The position numbers were made by a program, and so were the translations under genes. From Podarcis melisellensis (lineage: Eukaryota), in assembly GCA_964234715.1 (NCBI GenBank), contig OZ174282.1: a stretch of 64,000 bases of DNA, one strand, 5' to 3'. Of this stretch, positions 35,252-47,070 are shown in pieces (the stretch's first letter is position 1; every line of letters starts with the position of its first letter). The notes beneath the pieces are model-generated. The model worked only from the letters and a program-made list of their open reading frames with translations. It ran no database searches and was not told the DNA's origin.

Positions 35252-35833
35252 CAAGTTTTTATTTTAAGAATACCTCACAATAGACCTCACATACCACACC
35301 CCTAGCTGGCGATGGGAGAAAAAATTGCTTCAGTTTGCACACAAAGGCAAACCTACCTAATTATTTGGAGAAATCAGCATTCAAATGCTGTGAATTTTCA
35401 TGAGGCTTTTAAAAACGGATTGCAGACTGATGTGATCTGGAAATGTGGAGAATTGAACTTAAATCTGGAAAAACAAGAACCTGAGAGGAACTGAAGCTGA
35501 CAGAGTCACTCATCCCTACCCATAGGACAGGTAATCCCCAGGCAATCATTTGTCAGAAAGCAAACATCTACAAAAAATACTGTTTAAAGTTTAATGGTAT
35601 ACACTGTTTAACTTTAAAGACCCACAGCTTATTCCTAATATGGCTATAAGCCCCCCCCCCCCCGCCGCCGCCCATCACCCTCTTCTGTGGCACTCCTGGA
35701 AAAATGGGATTTTACTCCCATTAAATATTCATCAAGCTTGTCTTTTGCATTTTTCATTCAGTGAGTGGTTTGCCAACTCATGTGATTGGAGTCACCATTT
35801 GCCTGAGGGGGGAAGTTTATTTGACTAAAACAT

Positions 35834-35859
35834 CACACACACACACACACACACACACA
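35834..35859 (+). repeat. (CA)13 microsatellite
   Basis: Seen directly. Confidence 0.95.
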
Positions 35860-37103
35860 ACTCTTTGATCACTTGTGAGATGCTCTTCCTTGGTCCTTCA
35901 TGCACCATCACCAGGTGACACAAAATGAGATTATATTGTTACACAAAGTGCATGAGCAGCAAAAAGAAACTAGAGCTAGATCTTTCTGATTCATTTCCTC
36001 TCTTTATAGCTAGCTACTGAATTACTTTTATTATGAATGACTTACTTTAAGACTGCTACGAACAATAGCATTTTGTAGAACATCCTCCCCCCTTATGCCT
36101 TCAAGATATACTATATCAGTCACTTTAAGAATAATAATATTACTGGAGGTGGGTGGGGTGGGGGTGGCTGTGTCTTTGCTTAGACTTGCCTAGACTTGGT
36201 TACAGGTTCAGTTGCAGTAGGTGAGTAGGATATGGAGATTAGAGGGCTATGCCAAAGGCTTAAAATGCATGTGCAGATGTGATGTGAATGCCCAGGTCCA
36301 TTGAGGCTGATACAAACACCATTTATGCTACCAGGGAGATGTTGTAGCTCAGCGGTAGAGAATGGGACCGCTCTCTTGTGTGCAAGATTAGCTCTGTTGA
36401 TGCTTCCAAGTTGCCAGGAGATGCCATGAATAATTGAGTAAGCTGGAGGGCAAAAGTAACCTTAAGCAGGTAATGGGGCGGAGGGCCTGAGGGGTCCATT
36501 TCAATCAAACCATCCTCATTCTGAAGTCTGGCTGATCATTTTTCTGTGTAGGGATTGGGAGCAGAACAGGCATAATTTGCACCAAGGCTGGATACTCTGG
36601 GTAATGGTTACTTGTGTGTGGATGTGATATGTATGTCTGTGGAATGAAGACCAGGACATAACTTGAGCTGAAGCTCAGTCTTGAAACTTGTTTTGCACAC
36701 CATAGCGCTATCTCTTTAAATTGGCCCTCCTTGTCATTCGTAGCAGTTTCATGCCAAAGCTACTTTTGATAGGGTATTAAGAGTGCAGGCCTAGAAGTGG
36801 ATACAGGGCTAAACTGGGAAGTGATATGCAGTGGTTTCAGTTACTCCTGCTTAGGCTTGGTTTACAGTCTCAGTTGCTGTGAGGCATGTGGGTTGTCCTA
36901 AAAGCCAAAATGGGTCCAACTGCATTTCATAACTCTGCTTTTGCAGAATGTGCACAACGACTTTTCCATGACACAAGCTTCATAATGCCTGCCTTGCAAA
37001 AATCTTCACCGTGATCAACTCCCACCTGGAAATCTATGTCCCCACTGTGAGACGATGTGCGGATCCAGAATTGGCCTCCATAGCCACCCATGAACATACT
37101 GTC

Positions 37104-37420
37104 CAGGGGTCAGCAAGGTTTACCTCACCTGGGCCGGTTCACTCCAGTGGAGATCCCTCTGTGGGCCGATTTTGCGTGCGTGTGAGCATGTGTGAGCACG
37201 ATTTCTGGCGTTGGTGTCTGCACAGACGCAATTTCCAGTGTTAGTGTTGGTGAAGACACGATTTCTGGCACCGCGAAAGCAAGTCCCCGCACCACTCTGT
37301 GCCGGTTTAGCATAGCGCGCGGTGACTCGCCGTGCGGGCGTTTCGGGGGTGGTTTGGGGACCGGTTAAACAACCCTCGTGGGCCACTTGTGGCCCATGAG
37401 CCTTAGGTTGCCTACCCCTC
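37104..37420. mobile_element. Non-autonomous hAT transposon, CpG-rich
   Basis: Termini caggggtcagcaa ... ttgcctacccctc; subterminal gggcc/ggccc motifs; internal cacgatttctggc duplicated. Confidence 0.7.
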
Positions 37421-38344
37421 GTTAAGACCATATTCATGGAAGGCAGTCTTACTCAACTACGGGTGATTGCCAAAGAGAGAAGACCTTGCAAATTTACCTC
37501 TTTGCCCTCTTCTTCCATTTATCAGAAAACCGTGAACCACTACAAAGTTAGATAGTTAAGCTGAGGTTTGAGAACCAGCATTGGTACCTATTTATATTTT
37601 TGATAGCTCTTTATCAGCTGCCCTGAGTCGTTGTTATTAAAATGGGGCAACTCAGACCCCAAAATATTTTTGAATTAAAATATGCCAAGTATTGTGAACA
37701 CTTGCTCAGTTGACACTCCAATGGACAGCTCTCGTGGGTCAACTGTGCTCCCCCACAATGATTTGCAGCTCTCTAGGGGATTCCCAGATACCTATTATTT
37801 GCACCTTTTCCCTACTTCTGTGGGAAACTGGCAGCTAAGGCCCACCCAACCCAAATCCATCAAACGTGAAGGGGAGAGGATGCTTCCATCTTTTCATGCC
37901 TCTTCTCTTTGATTCAGGGGTGTGTGTGTTGGAGTTGACAGATCTTCTAGTCTGTTTTTGCCAGCCAGACATGCCCCACAGCTCTTCTGAGACTCCCTCA
38001 CCACGTGAAAAGCCTTGTATGCCTTTGCACTTAACTCAGCAAGAGGTAATAGCAATGAGAGGGAAGAGAGACAAATTGAGGCAATAAAGAGAGGCTGAAG
38101 AAAGAAGAGGGGAAGAAAATACTGGCGGGGTAGCAGGCTGGGGTGCAGACCTTTGCTTGTGTGGAGACACAAGAAAGCACGTTGTTTCCCCCTGCTACGT
38201 AGAAAGGCTGGCCCTGGCCTTGCTTACAATGAAATGCAGACAAAGAGGATGGAGAGAGAACAATGCAGGGGGCTGCAGAAAGGAGAGACCAGAAGTGGCA
38301 CAGAGAGGGGGGGAAAGGCAGATAGCGGATGGCAGCTGGAAGGC

Positions 38345-38495
38345 AGTGATGGCCACCAGCTTCAATGGCTTCAAAAGAAGACTAGACAAATTCATGGAGA
38401 GGCCTGATGACTGCTGCTGGCCATTATATCTAAACTTCTGTCTCCATGGTCAGAGAAGCAGTATGTTTCTGAATGCCAGTTGCCAGGAATCATAA
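38345..38495 (+). mobile_element. CR1 LINE 3' fragment
   Basis: Translates VMATSFNGFKRRLDKFME, typical of the CR1 ORF2 C-terminus, followed by 3'UTR-like sequence. Confidence 0.75.
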
Positions 38496-38980
38496 GGTGC
38501 TGGTAGTAGTAGTGGGGTATAAATAATAATCAGGGAGCTCTTTGTATTTTCTTTTGTTAATGGGTGAAAACAAAGACCCGTGATTAAAATGGAAAGTTGG
38601 GGAGGGGGGTGCTGGAAACTGTGCTGCAGCTAACTAGTGATTTGCTCCTCTGAGGAGAAATATGCAAAAGCAGGCCTTGGTGTGAGTCGTGATCCCCTGG
38701 TTGTAGGCCTAGCCTGTGACATCACTTCGAAATGCTGCGTTGAAGACAGCCATCTTTGTGTTTTTTTGAATTCTGCTATTATGAGCTCACTTGTGGAGGG
38801 CCTGGCAGCGAACGCTGCAGCTGGAAATGTCAACTCCGTTACTGTCAAGAGAGACAAGAGTCCCAAATGCTGTAGACAATGCGATGTTGGCAGATGGGGA
38901 CAGGAAGACTAGATAGGAGGGAGAGAGAAGGGGAGAGAGGCATTTGCCAAAGAATTACCTCATGCCAGTTCTCTATTTCA

Positions 38981-38982
<2 letters not shown>

Positions 38983-39052
<70 letters not shown>
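38983..39052 (+). repeat. Compound microsatellite (CT)20(CA)15
   Basis: Seen directly. Confidence 0.95.
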
Positions 39053-39055
<3 letters not shown>

Positions 39056-39341
39056 TTATCAGTAAGCCTCTCACTTCAAGCCTCAGTTTCATTTGGCTCA
39101 GGATATTTAGGGAGCAAAAGACCCCATGGGATTATTCTTGAGAAGTATTTTATATAGTAATTAAAAAAAATATGTTTACAAACCACACTGTTATTCAAAA
39201 AATGCAGCAAGGTGGTACCTATACAACACAGAAAATTATAGCAATCAATAAGAACAACATCTAGAAATACCAGTTGGGAAAAACAAATTTCACATTTCAA
39301 AGGCCTGACTGAATAACCTAGTTTTCAGGTGACATCTAAAA

Positions 39342-39635
39342 CAATGGTTCCCAAACTCCTCATACAGCTTGCAGGCCACTTAAAAATTGTTGAGGGTCTT
39401 ACAGGACTACTGAATTTGTCTCCATTGCTGTAGCAATTGTAATGTGCTGTGCTATAGGCTACACTATTTTAAATGGCATTTTAATTGCTTCTTTTATTTC
39501 TTACATGGTATTTTATTACAATTTGAATTCAATAGAATTCAGATTTTAAGTGTTCTTCAAAGACAAGCCTACAAACTAGCCGAATGAAGCTTGCAGACCA
39601 TCAGAGGTCCCCAGATTATAATTTGAGAACCCCTG
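39342..39635. mobile_element. Non-autonomous hAT element interrupting an L2 fragment
   Basis: Termini caatggttcccaaa ... tttgagaacccctg; flanks resemble the L2 copy at 29690. Confidence 0.6.
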
Positions 39636-40244
39636 GCCTGTATGAAAGGCTAGACAATTCCTGCTGAGCCTCTATTGGCAGGGAGTTCCACAGGGCAGGG
39701 CTGGCTTTCCACATTCAAGGCTCAGTTCCTAGTCAAGGCTGATTGAACTTCAGGGGTATGCAGGGTTTATTCCAAGCTCCCCCCCCCCTTAAAGACATTG
39801 TTAAATTTTTCACAAAAGGCAAAATCCCACAAAATGGGAGTGGTAACTTGTGAAGGATAAGAGCCTAAAACCGAGGACTGTCCATGGTAAATACAGAGAC
39901 TGACAGCATTGCAGAGGCATTTGCAACAGACTTGGGCCTCAAGGGGCACAGCAAGATGGGAGAAGCTAAGCATGTCGTATAAGCCTATATGCCTCCTTCA
40001 CATTTAATGCAAAGATTTCCCAGACAAATTATTCAGGACAGTGGGATTTGCTAGGGGAAGAGGCAGGCCTGCATTAATGCTTCCATCAGCTGGGAGCTCC
40101 TGCTGGGCCTTGATGCCAGGGCCCCATGCCCCTAAAGAACAATACTCTCTTTGTGTCTACATCTCCTTGAGTACAATAGGTTGCTGAGCTGAAAAACACA
40201 TGTTTAACTCTGCCTTGCTCCCTGTGGGATGCAACAATGGCATC

Positions 40245-40386
40245 AACGCTTTCCCCAGCATGGTGCCTGCTGGATACTGTTGGACTCCTACTCCCATCAG
40301 CCCTAGCCAGCAAAGCCAAAGATAATGGGATAATGGGAGTTGTAGTTCACATAATATAGAGGTCATCAGGTTGGGGAAGGCTGCTC
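40245..40386. mobile_element. Palindromic hAT MITE, degenerate
   Basis: ggactcctactcccatca ... taatgggagttgtagtt arms. Confidence 0.6.
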
Positions 40387-40599
40387 TAAGGATAGCCATA
40401 TGTGTCCGTGGTGCAGCACTGATAGTTCAAAGTCCAGCTGCAATGAAAACTCATTTATTTGCTTGCAGTCTTTGTTCATGGAATTCAGGAGCTTCAACAT
40501 GAATAAGTACTTGTATTATGAATGCTGCCAGGTCAAAGATTTATTGACCCTTCTTGGAGAGGGGGCCTTGCGCCCTTTGAGATAATAAAAATATGAGAT

Positions 40600-40780
40600 G
40601 AACCCTGCTGGAAACAAGGGCCCACCTACTCCAGCATTTTGTTTCATAGTAGCCAACCAGATGCCTATGAAGTGAAGCCCTCAAGTAGGATGTGAGTACA
40701 ACAGTGCTTCCTGCACTTGGGATTCCCAGCAAGTAGTCTTCAGAGGTGCACTTCCTATGATAATGGAGGTAGAACCAGTG
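40600..40780 (-). mobile_element. CR1-type 3'UTR fragment
   Basis: ggcccacctactccagcat...gccaaccagatgcc...ttcccagcaa...ttcagagg is antisense-similar to the tail of the 38345 element. Confidence 0.5.
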
Positions 40781-43299
40781 GGGTTGACTCCTTAGACCAT
40801 ATCCTTATCAAGATCTAGACTTGTGAGCCGAATTTGACAGGTGGCTGGGGCCCTGCGCTGAAATTAAGGGCTTATTAAATGTCTGCCTGGCACAAGACAT
40901 TTTGCTGCCTAAGGCAAGGACAAGATGGTGCTATTCGATCTATACAATTGGAACAATGTCCCCCACTGCATCTGAGGGCACCAGGCTGTTTAGGGGTGTA
41001 TGAGAGGCTGTCCTCTAACAGTAAGGAATAAGCACCACCATTGTCCTCAATCATTTACCACCCGAGGCGTTTACTTCACTCTGCCTAATGGTAGAGCCTG
41101 CTCTGCATAGGCCTACAGCTGTGGAGCAGAGCCTGGAGATTCAACTTCTGTGGAAGGCCTGAGCCCCTAGAACACCAGAGAGTCTTGGAGACTATTCTTA
41201 ACTTCTGCCCAACCCTGGCCGAGATCACACTTGAAATCTAGATTCCACATTTTTGTTAAGTTTCATGTTGGAGAAAGTCAGCACTGCCCGCCCTCCCCCA
41301 TGCTGCTGCTTTAGAGTGCAAGGGCTGGAGAGTGGATCCGTTGAAAAAGAAAAGGTCAGGCTGATAACAAGAAAAGAGCTCAGCGGATGTCAGAGAAAGT
41401 GGGTGGAGAGCTTATACAGCTGGCCAGAAATAATCTGGCTGGTAGCCACTTGGTATGCCAACACTAAACGGATCGTTCTTAAAAGCAGGGAAATAATTCA
41501 GAGTGTATATACACCTGCCTGTTAACATGTATGTGGGTCACACTGATCCTATTTTTCAGTGTGTGCTTTTGTCCACTTTTTCTACACTTGTGCACTTTCA
41601 ATTGAACTCCAGTTCAATGGTTCCTGTTCACACTAGTGGGTGGTGCATGATGGGATGTATCACGCTGGCTGTTGTTTGCTCCCCACAACTAGTATTTCTC
41701 TGCTTTCCCTGAGTCCTGGAAAGTTGAGGTACATTGTGAGTGTGCACATACTGTAGGTATTTCTCTGCCTGTCCACAGGGCCTTTTAAAATAAATATTTT
41801 GATTGAAATAGAAGTTTCACAACTCAAGAGTTGGTTGCCAAAATGTGGAGAACTGAACTTAAGCTTAGAAAAATGAGAAATAGCAAGAAACTGAAACTGA
41901 CAGTCATACTTTCAGTATAGGGTTGTGAACGAAAAGCAGTTACTGTTTTGCTACTGAGTCCAGCACTAATCAAATTGGATTGCATAGGGAAGGATTTGCT
42001 CATCTCACAGGTATTACAGCAGCTGCTCTGAGCAATTTTCAGCCTCAAATCCTGCTGTGGGATGAAGGAGACACAGGAGGAAGTTGGTTTCCTGCCCGCC
42101 TTCTTTTCAAGCACAGGCCCATGCGGTGGCTGGTCCCAGACATTAGGTCATTGGGCACTGCACCAGCCAGCTTGCTCTGGCGGTCTATGCTTGTCCCTCC
42201 CTTATGTAGGGAAATAAAAGATTTTGCTTTTATTCAAAATAGAAAAGCAAAAGTCATACTCCCAAATTAGCACTGGGTGTGGTATGAGCATGGTTCATGA
42301 GAATGGGTTGAGATGCTAAGGCTTGATACTGCTATGGTTAAATTTGCTAGCAGATTTATAAGGTTTGTGGGATGGCATCCATGAACAGTCAGGGGGCAGC
42401 GAGTGAACATCAAAGATGGAATGGGACACTATAGTGGTTGCAAGTCAATCAAAATATTATTTGTCACTCATATGTGATCCTACTCCCTCTGAAATTGTAT
42501 CCAAACTGACACAAATAATTGTATTCAATCTTAGTTATGCTCAAGTAGGCTAAATAGAGTGGAATTAATGTACATTAATAAAGAAACAATTCATCATCAT
42601 CATTATTAAATTTGTATACTGCCCTTTATCTGAATATCCCAAAGCAGATGTCAAGTTTCACAAATGCGCCATGTTTCTTTCTTCCTAATGCAAAAGATTA
42701 CTGTCTTAAACACCCATGTCCTACTCTGAGGTCTAAGCTCCAGAGATGCTGGAGTGGTAGCTGAACCCTTCAGAATGATAACATTTACAGATCAAGCTGA
42801 GAACAAGTGTTTTCAAAAAGAAACAAGGAAAGAAAGAAGGAAAGAAAAAGGACAGCATTCTACCAGGGAAAAAGGACCAGAAAATAGGGATTGTGCCTGG
42901 AAAATCGGAACAGCTGGAGCATGTGCATGCAGCTGTATTTGCTAAACATAACTCACAATTATCTTTAAAAACCTATTCTACACTTAGGGCATAGTCCTGT
43001 CCTTAAGGCAGAGGTTTTCAACCTTTTTGAGTCCATGGCTCCCTTGACCAACTACATTCTTTCTTCGGCACCCCTGTGGGGCTCAGGAGTCCAGTTATGT
43101 CACCACTTGCCTGCAGAGCTGGCAGCCTCTGACCCTTTTTCAAACACCCTCCCTTGTGCCAAGTTATACATTAAAACGGAAGGGTATGAATAGACAAACA
43201 CGTGGACTAGAAACTTGTTCCTGAGTTTCATGCAAGGAGACCTTCACCCGCACCACAGCCCTCGCTCCTTCGCATCGTAACCCTCCCTATCACCAGCCA

Positions 43300-44150
43300 T
43301 GACAAACGCTCCCCCTGCTCAGCAGCGCGCGCGCACAACAAAGTCAAGCCACACCCCCTCTTTCCCCTCGCCTGGGTTTAGTCGGGGAGTCTCCCCACTA
43401 CAGTCACGCCCCCTCTTTCCCCTAAAACACGCCCACCCTGCTCTGGCCACACCCACGTCCATAGGATCATAAGGTGCTTCTCTATCGTCAGAGTCCCGCC
43501 TCTTTGCCGCCGGGGGCGGGTTGATGTCCTAAGCCACGCCTCCTTCGCCGCACAGGCCCCGCCCTGGCACCCGACAAATATTATTAGGCGGTGTCTTCCC
43601 AACCTTCATCCGTCGCTGTTTGTTTCCTCGCTTGCTCCCTGCACCCCTCCCGGCGGTCTGCCACGCCCCTTTCGCGGCTCAATCCCCGCCCCTTAGTATA
43701 AATAGGCGGCGTCTCTCGAAACGGCTCCTCAGTCGCGGTCCCGCCTTGTTCGACGGCGCTGAAGCCCAGGAGGCAGGGAGAGAGAGAGAAAGCGCGGAAT
43801 CCGCGGGGCGCTCCCTCCCTCCCTCCCTCGCACTCGCCGGCGCGCTCGCACAAGCCGTGAGGGGAGCCAGACGGGCAGGCGGGCGAAGGACCGGCTGAGT
43901 GAGTGAAGGGAGGAGTTTTCTCGCTTGCTCGCAGGGCGTCGCCGCCGGTCAGTCTCCACGCAGAGCGGGTGGCCGAGCGAAGAGGACAGAGCATGGCGCT
44001 CTCGGTGCCGGTCAACGGGGTGAAGGAAGAGGGCGACAAGCAGCCTCTCATCGAGCTCTTCGTCAAGGTAAAAGGTCTCCTTGGGGGTGGTGTGCTTCCC
44101 TCCCCCCCAGCCTTTATTAAGCAGCCCCCCCCCCGTCGGGTAGTGTGTGC
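43300..44150 (+). promoter_or_regulatory. CpG-island promoter of CLIC4 with TATA box (TATAAATA 43697-43704) and multiple SP/KLF boxes
   Basis: CpG-rich. GGGGCGGG near 43513, CCCCGCCC near 43557 and 43684, CCACGCCC near 43661, CCACACCC near 43350 and 43447. Confidence 0.85.
43993..44067 (+). CDS. CLIC4: Chloride intracellular channel 4, coding exon 1 ([25 protein letters not shown]); rest of the gene is outside the window
   Basis: Matches the CLIC4 N-terminus (human [24 protein letters not shown] from memory). Kozak AGCATGG; donor AAG|GTAAAA; the SRRM1-CLIC4 gene order is also found in human. Confidence 0.93.
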
Positions 44151-45109
44151 TTCATCCCTGCTCCTTATTGAGGGAGTCGACTTGACTCGCCTTACTCCAC
44201 ATCGCCATGGTATTTCTCATGCACGCTCCTGGGTCCACTCTATTATTTAATAATCCCCGGGGGACTCTCAAAGCAGCTTACAAAACATTATGGCAGTAGA
44301 AGCCGCATGCAAATTTGGTGCCTGGGAACAGAAATAGCGCGAGGTGCCTCGGATGTGTCATTTCTTGTTCTCATCCTTGGTCTTAACCTTCAGCTTCTCG
44401 GCGAAAGAGCCCGTTGAAGATCTCTGAGGCAAGGGAGTGGGGGCTGAGCAGCTGGCTTTTAGTCCATGGTGGGGGCCGCTCCCTCTCTTTTTCTCGTTGA
44501 GGGAGTCGACTTTGCTTTCTGCAATACCCCACAGCAGTTCTCAATCTCAGCATTTCCCTATGGCGTTCCCTCTCCAGGAGAGGCTGTGTCCAGAGCTGAA
44601 GTTTGGGGAGGGGCAGTCTGGTTCTGTGCGTGGGTCTTTGGAAATAATTCCCAGTGAACTCAGCGGGGCTTAACTTCCAAGGAAGTGTTCCGTGGGTTGA
44701 GTATAAGACAAGGAAATTGTGTAAGTAGCAAAGCAATGTGTGTTGTATGGACAGATTCTCCTCGCCCTTCCACACAGTCATCTCTTCATTTCTGTGCCTT
44801 TAAACCTGTTGGCTAGATACAGATTATTCCATACTTTATTATAGAAATGAAGACTAGAACTATATAAATAGCATGGGTACTGATCAGCCTGACACTGACT
44901 TCTCATATCCCTCTTTCTCTGTGGGTTCTGCTGCACATTCTTCATAAAAATACAATTCTGTCGTGCAATTTTTCAGTTTGGTGATGGGGTCGGAAAGCTT
45001 TTCCCCTGCAGGTCTTTTGATTTTGTGACATGCGTCCTTCCATCCCAACATTCCTCAGCTAATCCTTAGTTGTCTTCCAGTCTAACCCATATATCCCCTG
45101 AAGGTTGTC

Positions 45110-45346
45110 TAGTGGTACCTCTGGTTATGTACTTAATTCGTTCTGGAGGTCCGTTCTTAACCTGAAACTGTTCCTAACCTGAAGCACCACTTTAGCTAAT
45201 GGAGCCTCCTGCTGCTGCCACCGCTGTGCAATTTCTGTTCTTATCCTGAAGCAAAATTCTTAACCTGAGGTACTATTTCTGGGTTAGCGGAGTCTGTAAC
45301 CTGAAGCATACGTAACCTGAAGCGTATGTAACCCGAGGTACCACTG
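45110..45346 (-). mobile_element. Tigger/pogo-like MITE, family A, copy 3
   Basis: agtggtacctc ... GAGGTACCACTG|TA; left terminus slightly damaged. Confidence 0.88.
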
Positions 45347-46904
45347 TACTTGGTTTGTATATTCAGTCCTCTTTCCTTGTTTGATTTTGGGCATCCTTCG
45401 CATCATACATGATGATCTCCAATTTGAAGATCCTATTGTCTTGTTAGCTTTTTTACAGAGGGAGGTCCCATCCCCCCCCTGCAGCTAGCCCATCCAGGCA
45501 CTACCCTACCTACTTCTTTTCAAAGATTCTGTAGCTGTAGACTTAGGAACCAGCTAAATCACATATGTCATAATCTGCAAACTACTTCCAATTTTTATGA
45601 TGTGTTGATCACTATGTGCAATATTCTGAAAGAGACTTCGCTGTTGCAAAGTTAAGTTATAGATGCAAATCTTCCTTCTTTCCATTCAATTTCATTCTTC
45701 TGTTTCCTGTTCATTTCCCTATAACAAGTTAATAGTGGACATTATTTCAGAGAGGATAAAGACTTGGTTCCATAAATAAAAACATAAACATTTCTGGTTT
45801 CCAGTAGGGTCGAGAGTACATGAAATGATATATAAAAATGGCCTTTGGGGAGTGTGCTTTGGTCTCAACCTTGCCTTGTTCGGTTTTACCAGATACTCTG
45901 GCCTTAACATTCACTAAAACTTTTTTATTATGAGAAGTGTATTTTTCAAAGCAAGAGGTGTTTCCAAGTGCTCCAATAATAAAATCTTCCTGTTTTCTGC
46001 ATTCTTCCCTGCTTCTGTAATACTCATTCTTAGCTCCCTCTCACTCAGAGCAGAAGTCTTGAGCTGGGAATAAGAGGTGGCAACTTGACTGAATCTGGAT
46101 GAAGTCATTTTCTTTTGAAATACTACTTCATACAAGCTATGAATAGCCCATTACTCAGTTGCTGTTAGAGATAGTGTAAAAAGTGTTTGCTTGATTTCTT
46201 GCTTCTACTTCTGCAATGCTGGTTTTTTTTTTGGGGGGGGAATAATAAGGAGCTACATGGGATTATTTTAAAAGGCATGGTTCTTTTTAAATATGAAGAC
46301 ACATATTTTGGAGTTTTGAGAGCTTTTGACTTGTAAACAAGAGCCTTGTCGCACAATCTGTTCCACACCCATATTGTCATCGGGGATGTACCAGCCCTGA
46401 GGAATCCAGGGACTGGAGGATCACATCTTTTACATCCCTTCTATTGTGGAAAAGTGATAATGTATTGAAAACAGGAATATCCTCTCATTAGCCTTCTTTA
46501 ACTACATGTCTAGGCTCGTCTCATGACTTTTCAGGGGCTGGGCAATGATTTTTAAAATTTGAATAGAACGTTGTGAAAGCAGCTTTGATCATACTAGCTA
46601 TGAGAAGAGTCAGCTGAAGGAATGAGTGTTCTCATAATTTCCAATAAGCTATGGATTGTTTGAATCTTCTGTGACACATTACCTGGACTGGCCCATATGA
46701 AGAATTTGGCAATGACTGTATTCGGATTGATGCAAATCTTAGCTTAAGGTTGGAAATGCATTAGTTTAATGCAGGTGCTTTACTTTTCTCTCTTGCATGA
46801 GTGTGGAAACAAGCCAAGAATTCAGTTGACCACAGCTTCCTGATGCATGTGAACTAGTAACCATGGTTTATAGCTTTCAAACAGGCCAGAATAAGGAGCC
46901 ATGG

Positions 46905-47070
46905 TTTGGATTTGATATCCTGCCTTTCACTCCCTTTAAGGAGTCTCAAAGCGGCTAACATTCTCCTTTCCCTTCCTCCTCCCCAACAAACACTCTGTGA
47001 GGTGAGTGGGGCTGAGAGACTTCACAGAATTGTGACTGGCCCAAGGTCACCCAGCAGCTGCATGTGGAGG
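46905..47070 (-). mobile_element. Truncated SINE (CORE-containing, lizard type)
   Basis: gatatcctgcctttcactccc...ctctgtgaggtgagtggggctgagagac...gtgactggcccaaggtcacccagc. Confidence 0.7.

Noticed and set aside
36336-36420. tRNA-like TAGCTCAGCGGTAGAG
   Set aside because: A-box and D-arm only, with no intact B-box or cloverleaf; a decayed SINE head. The heads at 16820 and 62730 are likewise SINEs, not tRNA genes.
43584-44250. 160-aa antisense ORF and 115-aa GTG-initiated extension around CLIC4 exon 1
   Set aside because: CpG-island artefacts; only 43993-44067 matches CLIC4 and ends at a proper donor.
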